Source of the DNA: Callorhinchus milii
Lineage: Eukaryota
Length of the DNA stretch: 64,000 nucleotides
Direction: 5' to 3'
Assembly (NCBI RefSeq): GCF_018977255.1
Contig: NW_024704742.1
Location: forward strand, 111,850,001 to 111,914,000
Below are positions 25,396 to 38,202 of this stretch, piece after piece (within the stretch, counting starts at the first letter, position 1; each line of letters opens with the position of its first letter). A model generated the notes under the pieces. It searched no databases and had not been told where the DNA came from. It saw nothing but the letters and a program-made list of their open reading frames with translations. A program made the position numbers and the translations under genes.

Positions 25396-27023
25396 GTGAT
25401 TGCTGCATTTTAGTCATATAGTCATACAAAGCAAAGAGAATTCAGCTTCTAGGGTGTCTGATCCCAAACTATCACCATTTCTCCACCCTCTTTTAGAAGC
25501 CCCCAGCAACCAATTTTCCTTCACTCTGACACCTAACTCCACTGAGCGCAGTTCAAGGTTGTTGTATTATTACGTTGCTGTATTCCTAACACTGAAGAAC
25601 AAAACTATTTTTAACATTAATGTTTAAAATCCTGCATGGGAGTTTACAAACTTTCATTACATTTCACTTAACAAGAACAGGACACAATCATCCCACATTA
25701 AGGTAAAGCCGGTTACCTGCAATTAAACAAATAAAGAATAATTTTTTAAAATTATTGTTGTCTTGAGGGTTTCTGATGAGACAGACCATATCTGAAATTG
25801 GAAAAACTAACATAGCCAATTTGAAGTGCCTTATATCTGCTGACAGATTGAGGCATGGACAAATTGTAAATTTCTTTGATATTTGCCAGGGTGGGGAGAG
25901 GAAGGACAATGCATTTGCACACATATAATATCGTTCTCCATTTCCCTGGACAACAGAAGGAGCATTTGTATCTTACTGTTGAAATGGTTATTTGTTTTGT
26001 GATTGTTTAAATACTGTTAATTAGAGTGGTCCTAAAGATTAGCTAAAAACCTAAAGATTAGCTAAAAAGTACAGTATTTTCAGTTGTTAATTGCTACCAG
26101 ATTACTGACCGAGTCAGGGGAAAAAAATTACAAGAACGCACATTTAAATGTTTCATGTCAAAACCTTTGCTGTAGCAATACTGTGGTTTGAAGAAGTGGT
26201 TGAATGCTTACTGCCTTTGTCTTTGTTGAAATCAACATCTAAAATGCAAGTCATTTCTCCTCGGAATTATTCTTGCCTTTTCCGGCAAGCACTGCACTCT
26301 CTCAGATAACCCTATCAGTGGCCATGTCCCCATATAGCTACACGGTAAAGAACTTTAAGGTCAGATTGAGGCCTGGTCACCATGCTGCACTTTCTCAAGC
26401 TGGAAGGAGAAGTGATACCAGTTGAGTGACAAGAGGGTTTTTGCGAGTGAAAGTCCCACAGGGCGAGTGACGGTTGGCATATCTGGGACCAGTAATTTGT
26501 GAATGGAAAAAGTTGTCATGCTTGAGGCTACTTGTCTTGTTGTCCTTTGTGGGGCGACAGTGGAGGTTATGTGAACCATCCAGATACAGTAGGACTCTGT
26601 GGATTTGAAAACTGGAATTGAGATCTTAATCAGGAATTTTATTGATGGTTAAAGGGCCTGTGAACATGAACTTAAATTGTTGATAAACAATAATTATTTT
26701 TGCAATTTATTCATATATGCGGTCTTGCTGTACTTAAATTGAAATTGTAATTTGGGCATATCTTTAAAAGATTATTAATTGTATGATCTGTGCTTGCTTC
26801 AGACATTCTCTTGCTCTGTTTCATCAACTATCTAGTTTTGTGCCTTCATGTCTCAGAAAAAATGTATATTTCAAACAGTAAACTGTTTATTTTTGTATCT
26901 ATATATAGAGGGACATATATATATATTTAAAGGTATATATATATCTCTCCCTATGTACATTGCACATATCAGTAAATGATGAAATCCGTCTATTTTCCCA
27001 CTTTTCAGTTTTTCTCCCCCGCC

Positions 27024-27024
<1 letters not shown>

Positions 27025-27109
<85 letters not shown>
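27025..27109. repeat. Poly-C run (~85 nt), possibly inflated by sequencing or assembly
   Basis: Uninterrupted C homopolymer. Confidence 0.85.
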
Positions 27110-27249
27110 ACCCCGTTCTGCTGCTCTCAAAACTTTGTCGATGTAACTCTTTTACAAACCATGAATGCATGGGCCGCACTTGGAACTTTTGATTCCTTCC
27201 TCTTCCTACGCTCGCCTCTCTATGGATCACAAGATAACAGTGAAGTGGC

Positions 27250-27353
27250 ATTTGTGTGTCAAATAAAACCACAACTACCGTCTGTACTATATACCCGTTT
27301 TAGTATGGGTATATAGTACAGACAGTAGTTGTGGTTTTCTTTGACACACAAAT
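27250..27353. repeat. Near-perfect inverted repeat: 47-bp arms, 10-nt spacer
   Basis: 27250-27296 versus 27307-27353 are complementary at 45 of 47 positions by manual comparison. Confidence 0.95.
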
Positions 27354-27399
27354 AAGAGCAATATAATATAAGTAGATTTTCTACGCTGAATGTAAAAAG

Positions 27400-28000
27400 A
27401 ATAATCCTTGCATTTGATATAGTGCCTTAACACATCGAAACATCTCAAAGCCATTTATAGAATTTTTTTTATAGAAAGTGTAGTGACTGCAATTGTAGGC
27501 AAACATGGCAGCCAATTTTCATGCACGGCATTGTACCACAGGCTTCCATGAAGTGAATGCCTTTTTTTTATAATCTTGGATATTAGTGACCAGACCCTGG
27601 AGAAACTCAGTTCTCTTTTCAAATTGTGTTATGGGATTTTTAACATCCTTGTGAACAGGCAGGTGAGGCCTTGGTTTAACACAGGGTAGCCATGTTCGTG
27701 GCCTGCGGGACCATCAAGAGCCACCATTTAAGGCATAAATAAAGAAAATTTATTTGGTTTACTCAGCCATAAAGGATGGCTACCACTGGTTTAGTATCTC
27801 ATTAAGACATTAAATGCATTGAAAATTGACATGCTCCTTTCCTCACACCTGTAGCATCCTGTAGCGTTAAGATGGCGTTTCTTTAACAATGTTGTATTGG
27901 AATGTCAGCATAGACAATGAGCTCAAAGTCCTGACGTGGGGCTTGAACCTACAACCTTCTGATTCACAGACAAGAGCACGACCACCTGAATCCAGCTGAC
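27400..28000 (-). mobile_element. Deu-domain SINE, decayed and interrupted by two insertions
   Basis: Collinear with 18618-19030: tail at 27400, GGGATTTTTAACATCC...GGTTTAAC, resuming at AAGATGGCG...GGGGCTTGAACCTACAACCTTCTGA...CAGCTGAC. Confidence 0.7.
27682..27788. mobile_element. Small hAT-like MITE
   Basis: Ends CAGGGTAGCCAT and ATGGCTACCACTG form imperfect TIRs; degenerate 8-bp TSD GTTTAACA / GTTTAGTA; interrupts the host SINE cleanly. Confidence 0.65.
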
Positions 28001-29717
28001 TGGTGTAACACATTGCTTGTAACCTTTTTCCAAGAACTAATTTTTGGAGGTTTCTAAAGTAGTTCATTATGATCATTGAGAGAACCCTGATGTTTGAAGC
28101 ATAAGAAGAATCATAATCTTTTATTTATGGAACATATGCAAAGCGACAGGTGTGAGGAAAAGAGCATGTCAATTTTCAATTCATTTTTGATTTTTTTTTA
28201 CAGTACTGAGCTGAACAAAGCAAGGAGGACAGTTAAATTTTGTGAAGAAGCCGTCAAAATTTGATTGTGCATCCGTTTTACTCTTAAGTACCGAGTGGGT
28301 GTAAAACAGCCCTATAGGCAAGCTCGTGTACAAAAGTGGTCTTTAATGGACAAAAAAATCCATGCTTTTACAAAGCATCTTTTGTACACTGGTGACAAAT
28401 TATTGCTGTGGCCTAATATGAAATGTTTGACAGTTGTGCATTGCTATAAACAAGACGTCACCATGTGTGAATTGTATTCTACAATCTAAAAGGAATTTTT
28501 TTTCTTTTGTCATGCTTCTGCTTTTAAAGAGTAAACTGGATCAGATAAACGCTCTCATAAACCAATCGGAGGTTTCTTTCAAACTGCAGAGGTTTGATTT
28601 TTAACAGCTGTGTTAGGTCTTTAATCATATATTATCTTTTGGAGCCGTTTCCGAGCATATGTTAATTGGCTCCTTTCTGTGACAAATTATGAACACTTAC
28701 TTTGATGAGGTTCAACTGTGATCATGTTGGAGTCAAGTAAGAAGACTTTCCAGCCCCTGCTGGTTCCCCAAACCACTACAAACAGCTGCACGTCACTGGA
28801 GTGCTGAGTAATGACAGGATTTGGGTTGATCTGATTTATGTACAGATTTTCCACAGGATATCTCCAGCCTTTTGCTATTAGATTCATGGCCCCTTTGTCT
28901 TCAATGCAAAATGTGTTTTGAGTGCTGGAACTGATCTTTAGGTCCTTGTGTGAAACAAGACAATCATTTCATACTTCCTCTTGCAGGCTACCACTTGCTC
29001 TGCTTATATTTGGAGAAGTTAGTGGGTAATTGTGATTTTCTTGCCCCCACTCTCCCCAGCGTAGCTTATCCTTCTTAAGTTGGCAGCCACTTATGAGCAT
29101 AGCTTTTCTTAACAAACTGTTCCTGAGCATCACGTTCTTATGTTTGATGGATAATCATGAGAATTGTCAAGGTTTATCTTTACTGGTCCTGGAAAAATGA
29201 ATTATTTTTAAAATTCATACAGTCTTTTTGATATACAATACTTTTTGGTGTACAGTGAGCTTGATCTGTACCAGTGTATATCAGCAGCACTGCAGTACTG
29301 AATATTCACTTTCAGTAATTTCAGCTTCTCCATTTGGTTCAATGAGATTATTCCATTTGTCCATAGATACGTTTGAATGGAAATGAAGAAGCCTTTTAAG
29401 GCATTTATACAAACAAAATCCTATATGTCAGACATCCATCCGTCCATTCACTCATTTTTAAATACAGTATAATACATACAAGCAATAAGTTAAACTGCTA
29501 ATGTAGCTCTGCTTTTACATCCATAAACTTATTTTGGTGTTAAAAAGCAAAACTTTATGATATTGCTTGACAGCTATAATTATGCTCGTACAGAAATGGT
29601 GGCAAATACAAACGCCAGTAAGAAACTAAAATCAGGAAAGCTCAGAAACAAAGAAAAACACAGCATGATATGTACACATTAAATGATGGCTTGGACTGTA
29701 ACTAGAGTGTAATATTT

Positions 29718-29992
29718 TAATTTGATATAGCGCTTTTCACATCTTCTAGATGTCTCAAAGCGCTTCACAGAATATACTGTAAAGTGAATTGACTGTATAT
29801 TTGTGGGCGAAACGAGGCAGCTAATTGCACACAGCGGTGTAAATTGAAGTGATCAATTCATAATTTTTTTCTGGAGGCATTATTATCAGGTGTGTGGAGT
29901 AAGGAAACTTGCCCAAGGTTTTGCCATGCCAGGAATTGAACCCAGGTCTCGCTTGCGAGGCAAGTGCTCTAAACACTGAGCTACAGGACTCT
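29718..29992 (-). mobile_element. tRNA-derived SINE with L2-type tail, near full length
   Basis: Reverse complement of the 35171 family; head ends CACTGAGCTACAGGACTC. Confidence 0.9.
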
Positions 29993-32340
29993 ACATTTTG
30001 AAGGTTTATGGTATTATTTATAGATAACTTGAGTTCCAGTTTTGGTTGATGGCAATGTCCAGAATTCTTCAAGCCTATTATTGTTCCCAGTCATTCATTA
30101 CATTTTGCAAACAGTTTTAGCTATTTGTACAAATTATGCTATTCATTTCTGATTAATGTAGTTTCACTGTTCAGAAAATGTAATGTAATGAAAACATGCA
30201 TTATAAAAATTAAGATTTGGGGATGGTGCTTCATTTATTCTTAACAATTACTTTTTCTACTTTTAGATGAATAAGTCACAGTTTTCAATAACTTTACGTT
30301 ACCAGTTTTTGATTATTTTCACTGTTAGATTAGGTCTGTGTTGCTTTGCAAAAGTAAAGAAATGTGCAGGTTGGCAACAAGGCTTGTTCGTTTAACCAAA
30401 GATTACTAGCATGGGATTTATGGTCATTCGTTTTCAGCTGCGGTTACAAATCTGAAACTAATGGATGCTGTAATGACATTGAATCTCATATCTAGCCAAC
30501 TAGGGGGAGAAAATGTAGACTTGTTAATGCCACCAGTTTGCAAAGTTGTTTGGTCAAAAAAATCAAGCCAGCTGGATGTAAATTACTTAAAAGAAAAGAC
30601 CCCAAAGCAATTCCTACATGCATATCACTATATTACTGTATTATTGTTCACACAACACAAGAACAGTAGGAGGAGCTTAAAATATTCAGGATTGTTTATT
30701 CAGTACTGTGATGGTATAACACACTAACTAGTTCAGAACTTGAAAGTGACCCTGGAACGGGTGTGATAACACCGGTGAGCTTTCTTTCATTAGGCCATAA
30801 ATAAAATTTTTATGCAAAGGAACTGAAACTATGAATCATTCAGTAAAAAGTAGAAAATGTATGTGAGTAAATCATAAACCAGATTTATCAGATGGTGGTC
30901 TACATGTGAATGCTCACATAAAGCAACTGTTATTGCAATGCTATCAATCTTTACCCTTTCATGGCATAAAAAAACAAATACCGGAGATGGGAACCAGAGT
31001 ATCGACAGTTTCCTAAATGGTGACTTGACTGGCCGAACACAATTTCATCTTTGTTGATGTTTTATTTCATTAGGTCATCTGTACCCATTGGCCAATTTCT
31101 ATATACCAAGTATGAGTTTGAAATAGATATTAGATAAGAATATAAAGTATGGAACAAAAAAACGCTATTCACTTGTGCGCTGAACTCTTCTGAGCTACTT
31201 GTTCTCCTTAGGGAAGTGAATAACCAAGAGGTAAAGAAGATAAAACTCCCTACTATTGGAGTTATTGAACGAAAGCTCGAGGATATCAATTTCACATTAC
31301 TGCCTACATGATTCAACCTTGACTTGCATTCCAGAGATGAAATTCCCAAGGGGCTAACAGAATTCTAGCATAATGTTCCGGAGAGTATTTGATCATCTAT
31401 GTCAATACTTGTCCTTTTAAACTTAAGTTGGGTTCTTAACTGGGGTGATTCAGGCATCTTCAGCAAACTTTATATTATAGGAAGTACCCTCAGCAGTATA
31501 ATATATAGCAGAGTAAATTACAGGGTTCCGACCTTCTGTAGAACTCCACTGAGCCTTGACTCTTTCCCCCCCTCCCCTCCTCCCCGCCCCGTGAAAATTG
31601 CTAGATTGAAGCTTTAATCTACTGAAAATAGTCACTACCATTGAAGGGGTGTACAGATTTCATACATACGAGTGAGTGGTTTGAAATGTTTCTATCATAA
31701 ATTGTTCATGCAAATCTAAAAGCTATTTCAGACTGTTTTTGATCATGGAGTATTCTAGTTTTACGTAAAATGTTGAACCCTTACATAATTTAAATCCAAA
31801 TTGAGTTATGGCCCTTTCCAGGCTTTATTGCTGCAGTTATTTCTATTGTAAAGAGTGAATTGATTTTTGTTGAGATTAGGTTGGTTGGTGTCTTACAATC
31901 CTTGGTGGCAGTGTCTTTATTTCGTAGTTTGACCTTTTAGGATTTAAGGTTCAGCAATAGAATGAATTGAAGGCACGACAATCAAATAAAGAAACTGCTG
32001 ACATGAAATGGTGGATTCCCGGAGAATATACTTGAGTAAGCTTCCATTATGGTTAATGAATTACACTAAAATTATTGTAAATGGAGAGCTGCAGTACAGT
32101 ATTTGGTCCTGAATTTCCCTCCAGAAATGACATGCCATGGTGCACTATATTTTTGAGCGAAGAGAATGATTATGTGACAAGAAAGCAGTCACAGAAAAGA
32201 CTCGGTAAAGTGTAGTTGAAGGCAAACAAATATTTCTTAAGGCACTGGTATTGAAAGAAAGGATATCTTGACTAGTGATGAGTCACAAGTGATTCACACC
32301 TTAAATGATATGCAATCAACAAAATCCCAACTGAGGTAAC

Positions 32341-32400
32341 ATTACAACAACAAGATTACATTTGTATAGCGCTTTTCACATCGGGAGGACGTCCCAAGGA
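32341..32400 (-). mobile_element. L2 3' terminal fragment
   Basis: (CAA)n followed by TATAGCGCTTTTCACATCGGGAGGACGTCCCAAGG, as at 20721-20785. Confidence 0.8.
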
Positions 32401-33714
32401 GCTGGTACCTCTTATGAAGATATTTATTGATATCAGTTGTCTTACAATATTTCAGACAACAGACGGAAGTTTGGGGGGGTTGGTGGCGATGGTGGTGGTT
32501 GGTTGGAGTTATCATTGAATGCATTTTCTAAACTAATGCATTTCTGTAACAATGCAAATATGAAGATAGTTTGCAAGCGAAACATTTAGTGTGAAAAATA
32601 AATGTATTTCAACTTGTTGCATCTGGCTTGAAACATTTATTGCAATGCCGTTAATAGGGTACAAAATACATGCACTGTTGTGAAGGTGAATAAATAAGTT
32701 AATCTGTACGCTGTGATCCAAAATGACCATGACCTTCTTCAGCATGTTCACACCGATACGTTCTGGCTGACAGTGTATTACTGTACTTTCAATCCAGGAT
32801 TATGCAATTGTGAATGCAGCATCAACATTGCATATGATAAACCAATAGATGCTGGAGGCATTTCGAGTCAAGCTAATTCAGCTTACTAAGACTTGAATTG
32901 GAGTAAGGTTATTCATTGGATTAAGTACAACCTGTTTTACAGTGGTGCCAGACAGTCAGTTTGTGCTTGAATTCACTGCTTTTATTGATAGAATTGCTTT
33001 GACTTTTTTTTTATCACGCTAAGTATGTTCTTCAGAGCTATAGAGGGCGATTTAACTTTACAGGCAGGTGTTGGGTGTTCAGAGTAAGAAGAGCCAGATG
33101 CAAACAGCATTCATTGCATTCTCAAGAGGCTGCTTTTAATTCATCCATGCCTCTTGGGTAGTTCATTTTTACTCTGCTCTAAATCCTGGGGCTGCCCGCC
33201 TGACTTGCAATTCTACCTCATTTGATGGCATGGGAAATTTCTTCTGTAACTTACAACTGAACATATGTGAGAAAATTAGAGCAGAAATTAAGGGTAAAAA
33301 AGGTTAACTTGTCACTTTGCTTCCTGGTTACTGATTTTTTTGTCCTTTTTTCTGTCCGTTCGCTGACTGTAACATGATTCATACAAGACAAACTACTCAA
33401 CCTAACCCTTTGAATTTCTTGTTATTGATGCTAAAGAACTGTATTGGACACACAAGATGTTGCTTATTAACCTATGTCAATGGCTTAACAAGCAATGCTA
33501 ATTGTGCACAGTGAAACCTTGAAAGCAAAGAATTAAGGAAAATAGCTTACACATTAAGATTTACTTCAAGAATTTTACAAAATTCTGCATGTTCTTAATA
33601 ATTTTAAGATAGTGGTCAGTCTCAAAACTCATGAGGATATTGGGACACATAAATGTGGAAAAAAAGGCATTTGGTTTCAAACAAAACACCCCAATGTTAC
33701 ACACAGGTTCCGTG

Positions 33715-33892
33715 AATTGGGAGTGAGCAGTTCCGTAGGGCTGTACAGTCAATGGCTGAGATGAGGAAGTACTGATAGCAGCTGAGCAAGATGGTCTCAG
33801 TTTTGACAGTATTGAGTTGGAGAAAGGTGTGGCTTTTCCAGGACCTGATGTTTGTCAGAGCAACAGTGACCCTGGAGTCCAGCATCCTGGAA
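33715..33892 (-). mobile_element. L2 internal RT fragment
   Basis: Translates LDSRVTVALTNIRSW...FLQLNTVKTETIL, similar to [21 protein letters not shown]. Confidence 0.7.
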
Positions 33893-35170
33893 AGGAAGTG
33901 TGGATGGCCCAGTGTAGGTTTTAGAAAGGAACAGTCATCACAAAGTAGAAGGTCCATTGTCCTGTATCATTACCACCCAACCTTACCTTGAATATCCCAG
34001 ACATCAAAGATTTAATGCATATTCACACAAGTACTGTGCAAACAAAATTTCCAACAAAGCACAACGTGAGCCATTGCTAAACCTTGAAATATGACTGAAA
34101 AAAATATTGCTTTATGCAGGAAATCCCTAAAGGGTAATCAAACACATTAATCTACTTAAACTATTGGGATGACTTCAGAGAAAAGAGATTCACTTCATTG
34201 CCTTTGAAGTTCATGTACAATGAGGTAAAGTTCGTTGGTTCCACTTTGCGGGTGCTACAGAACTACATACAGAATAAATGCACTTGGAGGGATGAACATA
34301 AAAGTTGGGTAAGATTGGAAACATCCAATGATTTTATTTGTAATTTTTGTTTAATTAAAAGTTATTGTTTGCAATTAGTAATTAAGGCAGTTGTGTTATG
34401 CTGGAATGAGATGATGTTTAGAGATCAATCGAAAATCTGCAATGGTGACCACAATTATGAACGAGATAGTCTTGTAGCTAATTCTTTCAAGTCCACTAAA
34501 TCACCTTCACTTTGACAGGCTGGGCAACATTGATGCCTTCATGTAAATGGTGCCATGGAGGTGTAAATGACCAGTAGAAAAAAAAGAGAGGTGATACTTC
34601 AGTGGATTTTGCAGATTGTAAGCCTTGTGGCTTAATTGGGGCCAGTTGGGAACATTTAATAATTGCTGTCAGAAGATCAAATTTAATTCGCATTTTCACA
34701 GAACCGCTTCAGGGTAGAGTTAAACAAATTGTCATTGGAGGTTTGAAAATGAACAAAGGTTTAATTAGGCTGATTAGGATGGTGAAGAAGTGAAGTGAGG
34801 TAATCAGAGAATTGACTTTCCATCCAGAGGTTTATGTTTTTCTATAGAATAGCCCCTCCCTTCACACAGATGCCAACTATTTAGGAATTTTATTTGTTGA
34901 GAAAAGCAGTTGGTCAGCTTTAGTCATATTAATTTCTAATATGAAAAGAAAAGGTCAGGTGAGGCAAAGTGGCATTCAAAGATTGAGCACTTTATCATTT
35001 TGTGTTTTTACCCATGTTGTACCTCTTATCATTTGGTGTTTCAGTTCACCACTTCTTCCTTTCATCTAAGTTAGGAGAAGGTAGGGCAATCATCCATACT
35101 TCTGTCATTGCTACTCCTTGACTGCAAACGGGAGCTCCTCACATTATTTTCTTCCTATTTAAACTAGGTT

Positions 35171-35490
35171 GTGGAGTCCTGTAGCTCAGTGGTTAGAGCA
35201 CTCGCTTTGCAAGCGAGAGACCTGAGTTCAATTCCAGGCAGGGCGAAACCTTGGGCAAGTTTCCTTACTCCACACGCCTGATAATAATCCCTTCAAAACC
35301 AAAAACAATAATAAATTGGTCATTTTCAATCTACGACTGTTTGTGGGACATTGCTGTGCGCTATTGGCTGCCGCGTTCGCCCACAAATATACAGTCAATT
35401 CACTTTGCAGTGTGTTCTGTGAAGCGCTTTGGGACGTCCTCCCGACGTGAAAAGCGCTATATCAAATGCAAGGATTATTATTATTATTAT
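35171..35490 (+). mobile_element. Full-length tRNA(Ala-like)-derived SINE with L2-type tail
   Basis: A box TAGCTCAGTGG (35182-35192), anticodon-like arm CTCGC-TTTGCAA-GCGAG, B box GAGTTCAATTCC (35224-35235), L2-like stem-loop, (ATT)n tail and TAGGTT TSD (35165-35170, 35491-35496). Confidence 0.92.
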
Positions 35491-37643
35491 TAGGTTCTTC
35501 TCTCAATGAGCATGCTTCACTACTTCTTGAATAGTTGCTGAGAACAGGTCTTGAGCCTTGCTGAGAGCTACCTAATGCCCCAGCAGAACAACTTGAAGCA
35601 AGAACAGTTTTAACATCCTTCGCATAGTTGTAGTTTGTAATTTACATTTAAATAGTGCAAAACTGTAAATGTCATCATTGACAAAAGAAGGCAGGCATGT
35701 AGTGTTTTGGAGTTTAAACCTTCATTGCTACGAGTAACCACTTTTTCAAATCTCTATGAATGATAATTTAAAAACAAAACAGAACTGTTTTCATGTGGTG
35801 TGCTTAATAATTGAGAACCCCAGCCAGATAGGCAGTAAAGGTGTTGGAACAGTCTGTGAGATATTTTTGGTTCATATCAATGTTCATTAGGGTGTAATTT
35901 GAGGTTGGTTTAATGCAATCAAATGCTAGGCTGGAGCAGTCCCCGTGTACATAGAAACCATCTGTACCTGTGGGTTATAGCTGGGTTTCAGTCATCAGGA
36001 TGTCATGCTGGTGGTTTTCTGTGTTCTAGCAGACAGTAGTCAGGTTTACCTCAATGGTAACCACCTTCTTGCTAGTTGAAACATGTCTGCAAGGACTTTA
36101 GGTGAAAGCATTGTCAAGCATGAAGTGTGCGACAACAACGAAGTGAATGGTAGAGACTGAACACAGTGCAGCAAAAGACTGCTGTCATCTCATAAGCAGA
36201 AGCCCGAGAGAAAGCATTGCTTTAAGGCATTTGGCAATAATTGCTATTGCACATGAGTTGCTTCCATTTCTCAGAGTGCTGGTTCTGCTGGACGACAGGA
36301 AATATAAGTGATGCAGAGACCAATGCAGTCACTAAACATGTGCTTGTGAGTAGACGGATGATGTGTGAGTTCACAAAAGGATTTAATAGCACAAAGATTA
36401 CTTAGGTGTGTAAGCACTGCTCTTGTGCATATTATATTGATGAAATTGGCATAACCGGTGTTTCAGGGAGCAACTTACCAAACCATTTTTTTGCATATGA
36501 AGGACATAGTCTAGTCCATAATTCTGCTTTTATTCACTTCAGTCACTCTGTAATATGAAAAACAGCAACAGAAAATCAGGTTAGATCTATTTTCCATGTA
36601 TTTAATATAAGAGCCTCTCTAATACAATTTTTATCTATTTTTTAATTCCCTAATAGGAGTTTCTAAAATGCTGCCAGAAAAATAACGTTGTTCTTCAGCA
36701 CTTGTAATACTGAAACAATATTGACAGTGTTTTTTGTACAAAATGGAAAACTCCTTTGAATGATATACAACAAACAAAACAATATGTGACCCCCCCCCCC
36801 CACCCCCAGGTTATCTCCTGTTGGAACATTTTATCTGCAAGGCACACAACTCCATAGACAAAACCAAACAGCTTCATAAACAAACCAGACAGCTGCTGCC
36901 ATCACTTGGTCTCTTTCCACAGATAGAACTCCACGAACGAAACACCTTTTTCATTATTTCACATTTGAATTAATTAATAAATAGTTTGGTCAGTGTTCTA
37001 AGGGTTACCCTAACGGCACAAAACCCTATATGGATAATATAGTACGCAGAATGAATATTGTGCATTTTAAATGTTAAATTTAAAATTAATGTAGTTTTAT
37101 TATTTTAAATCACGCTTCATTTAGCTAAGCACAACACAAACTATTGATTTTGTGCCCTGCTTTATGATGAAGCTGTTATCAACCACACATTATAAAGGTT
37201 TGAGCCTTTACTGTATGAATAATCTCGTACCATTTCAATACTTTTACAGTAATTACTGTATGAATATTTATTTCATAAAGAGTCTACTGCACACCTCATA
37301 TTTTTATTTAAGATTCATTATTTAGTATCTATCAAACACTGGAAGAAAGCCCCCGCCACCCAAAAAACAGAGCTTTCAAGATATCCACAGTTGTGTGTTA
37401 GGTAACTACAATGTGTCTGCTTGCGAATATGTTCTGCGTTCCTCATGTCCCTAATATGCCATTGAGAATGTTACTTCGTCTTTTTATGTGTATCCTTGAG
37501 AAAAGTTTGATGTACGAGTGGAAACATTATGGCAGAATTTTCAGCTGTCACTGTCACTGATAAGATTGATAAGCGTCCCTCTGTCCTGTTTTTTTAGGCC
37601 TGCAGCTGTCACCACACAGAGGAGTTACTGTAGTAGAGCCATC

Positions 37644-37825
37644 TAGAATCATAGAATATTACAGCACAGAAGGAGGCCATTTGGCCCATCGTGCCTGTGA
37701 TGGCTCTTTTCAAGAGCTACCCAATCAGTCCCATTCCTCCACTCTTTACCCATATCCTTGCAATTTTTTTCCTTTTCAAGTACCAATCCCGTTTTGAAAG
37801 TTGTTATTGAATCCGTTTCCAGTAC
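37644..37825 (-). mobile_element. CR1-type LINE 3' end
   Basis: TAGAATCATAGAA...CAGCACAGAAGGAGGCCATTTGGCCCATCGTGCCTGTG; same tail family as 53599-53645. Confidence 0.8.
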
Positions 37826-38202
37826 TGCCCTGTAGTGTCAAGCACTATGAACACAAGTCCTGAGTTGGTTTGAACCCACAACCCATAGTCAACAGTGTTA
37901 CAAAGTGACCCAAAGAGACACACTAGAACTGTGTAAAGGTAATTTAAAACCCCTGTGCATCCATCTCACTCTGCACCCAACCTGGGTACACTGTGTACGA
38001 CAATGTGTAAGATTAATTTGACTTCAAACATGGCACAAAGTGATATTAATTTTGAACATTTGAACTTTAATTTTGAGGCCAGATTTAAGTATTGTGCATA
38101 GTTTCATAAAACATTATTTCCTCTTCATTCTAGATTTCAAAATAATTCAGTTTTTTAAATTAATTTAAGCTTAAGGTGATTAAATTAAATTAAAATCATG
38201 AA

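Noticed and set aside
25773..25800. CTGATGA...GAAA hammerhead-like spacing
   Set aside because: Stem II does not pair in the required register and no stems I or III are evident.
26871..27316. Poly-Gly and poly-Pro ORFs
   Set aside because: Derived from the poly-C run, whose length may be a sequencing or polishing artefact.
33040..33225. Possible degenerate MITE with imperfect inverted ends (similar hints at ~9565, ~31505, ~47475)
   Set aside because: Arms too diverged to support by eye; needs a repeat library.
35173..35245. tRNA-Ala(TGC) gene
   Set aside because: Acceptor stem does not pair well, and the sequence runs into a SINE body and L2 tail with other copies in the window.
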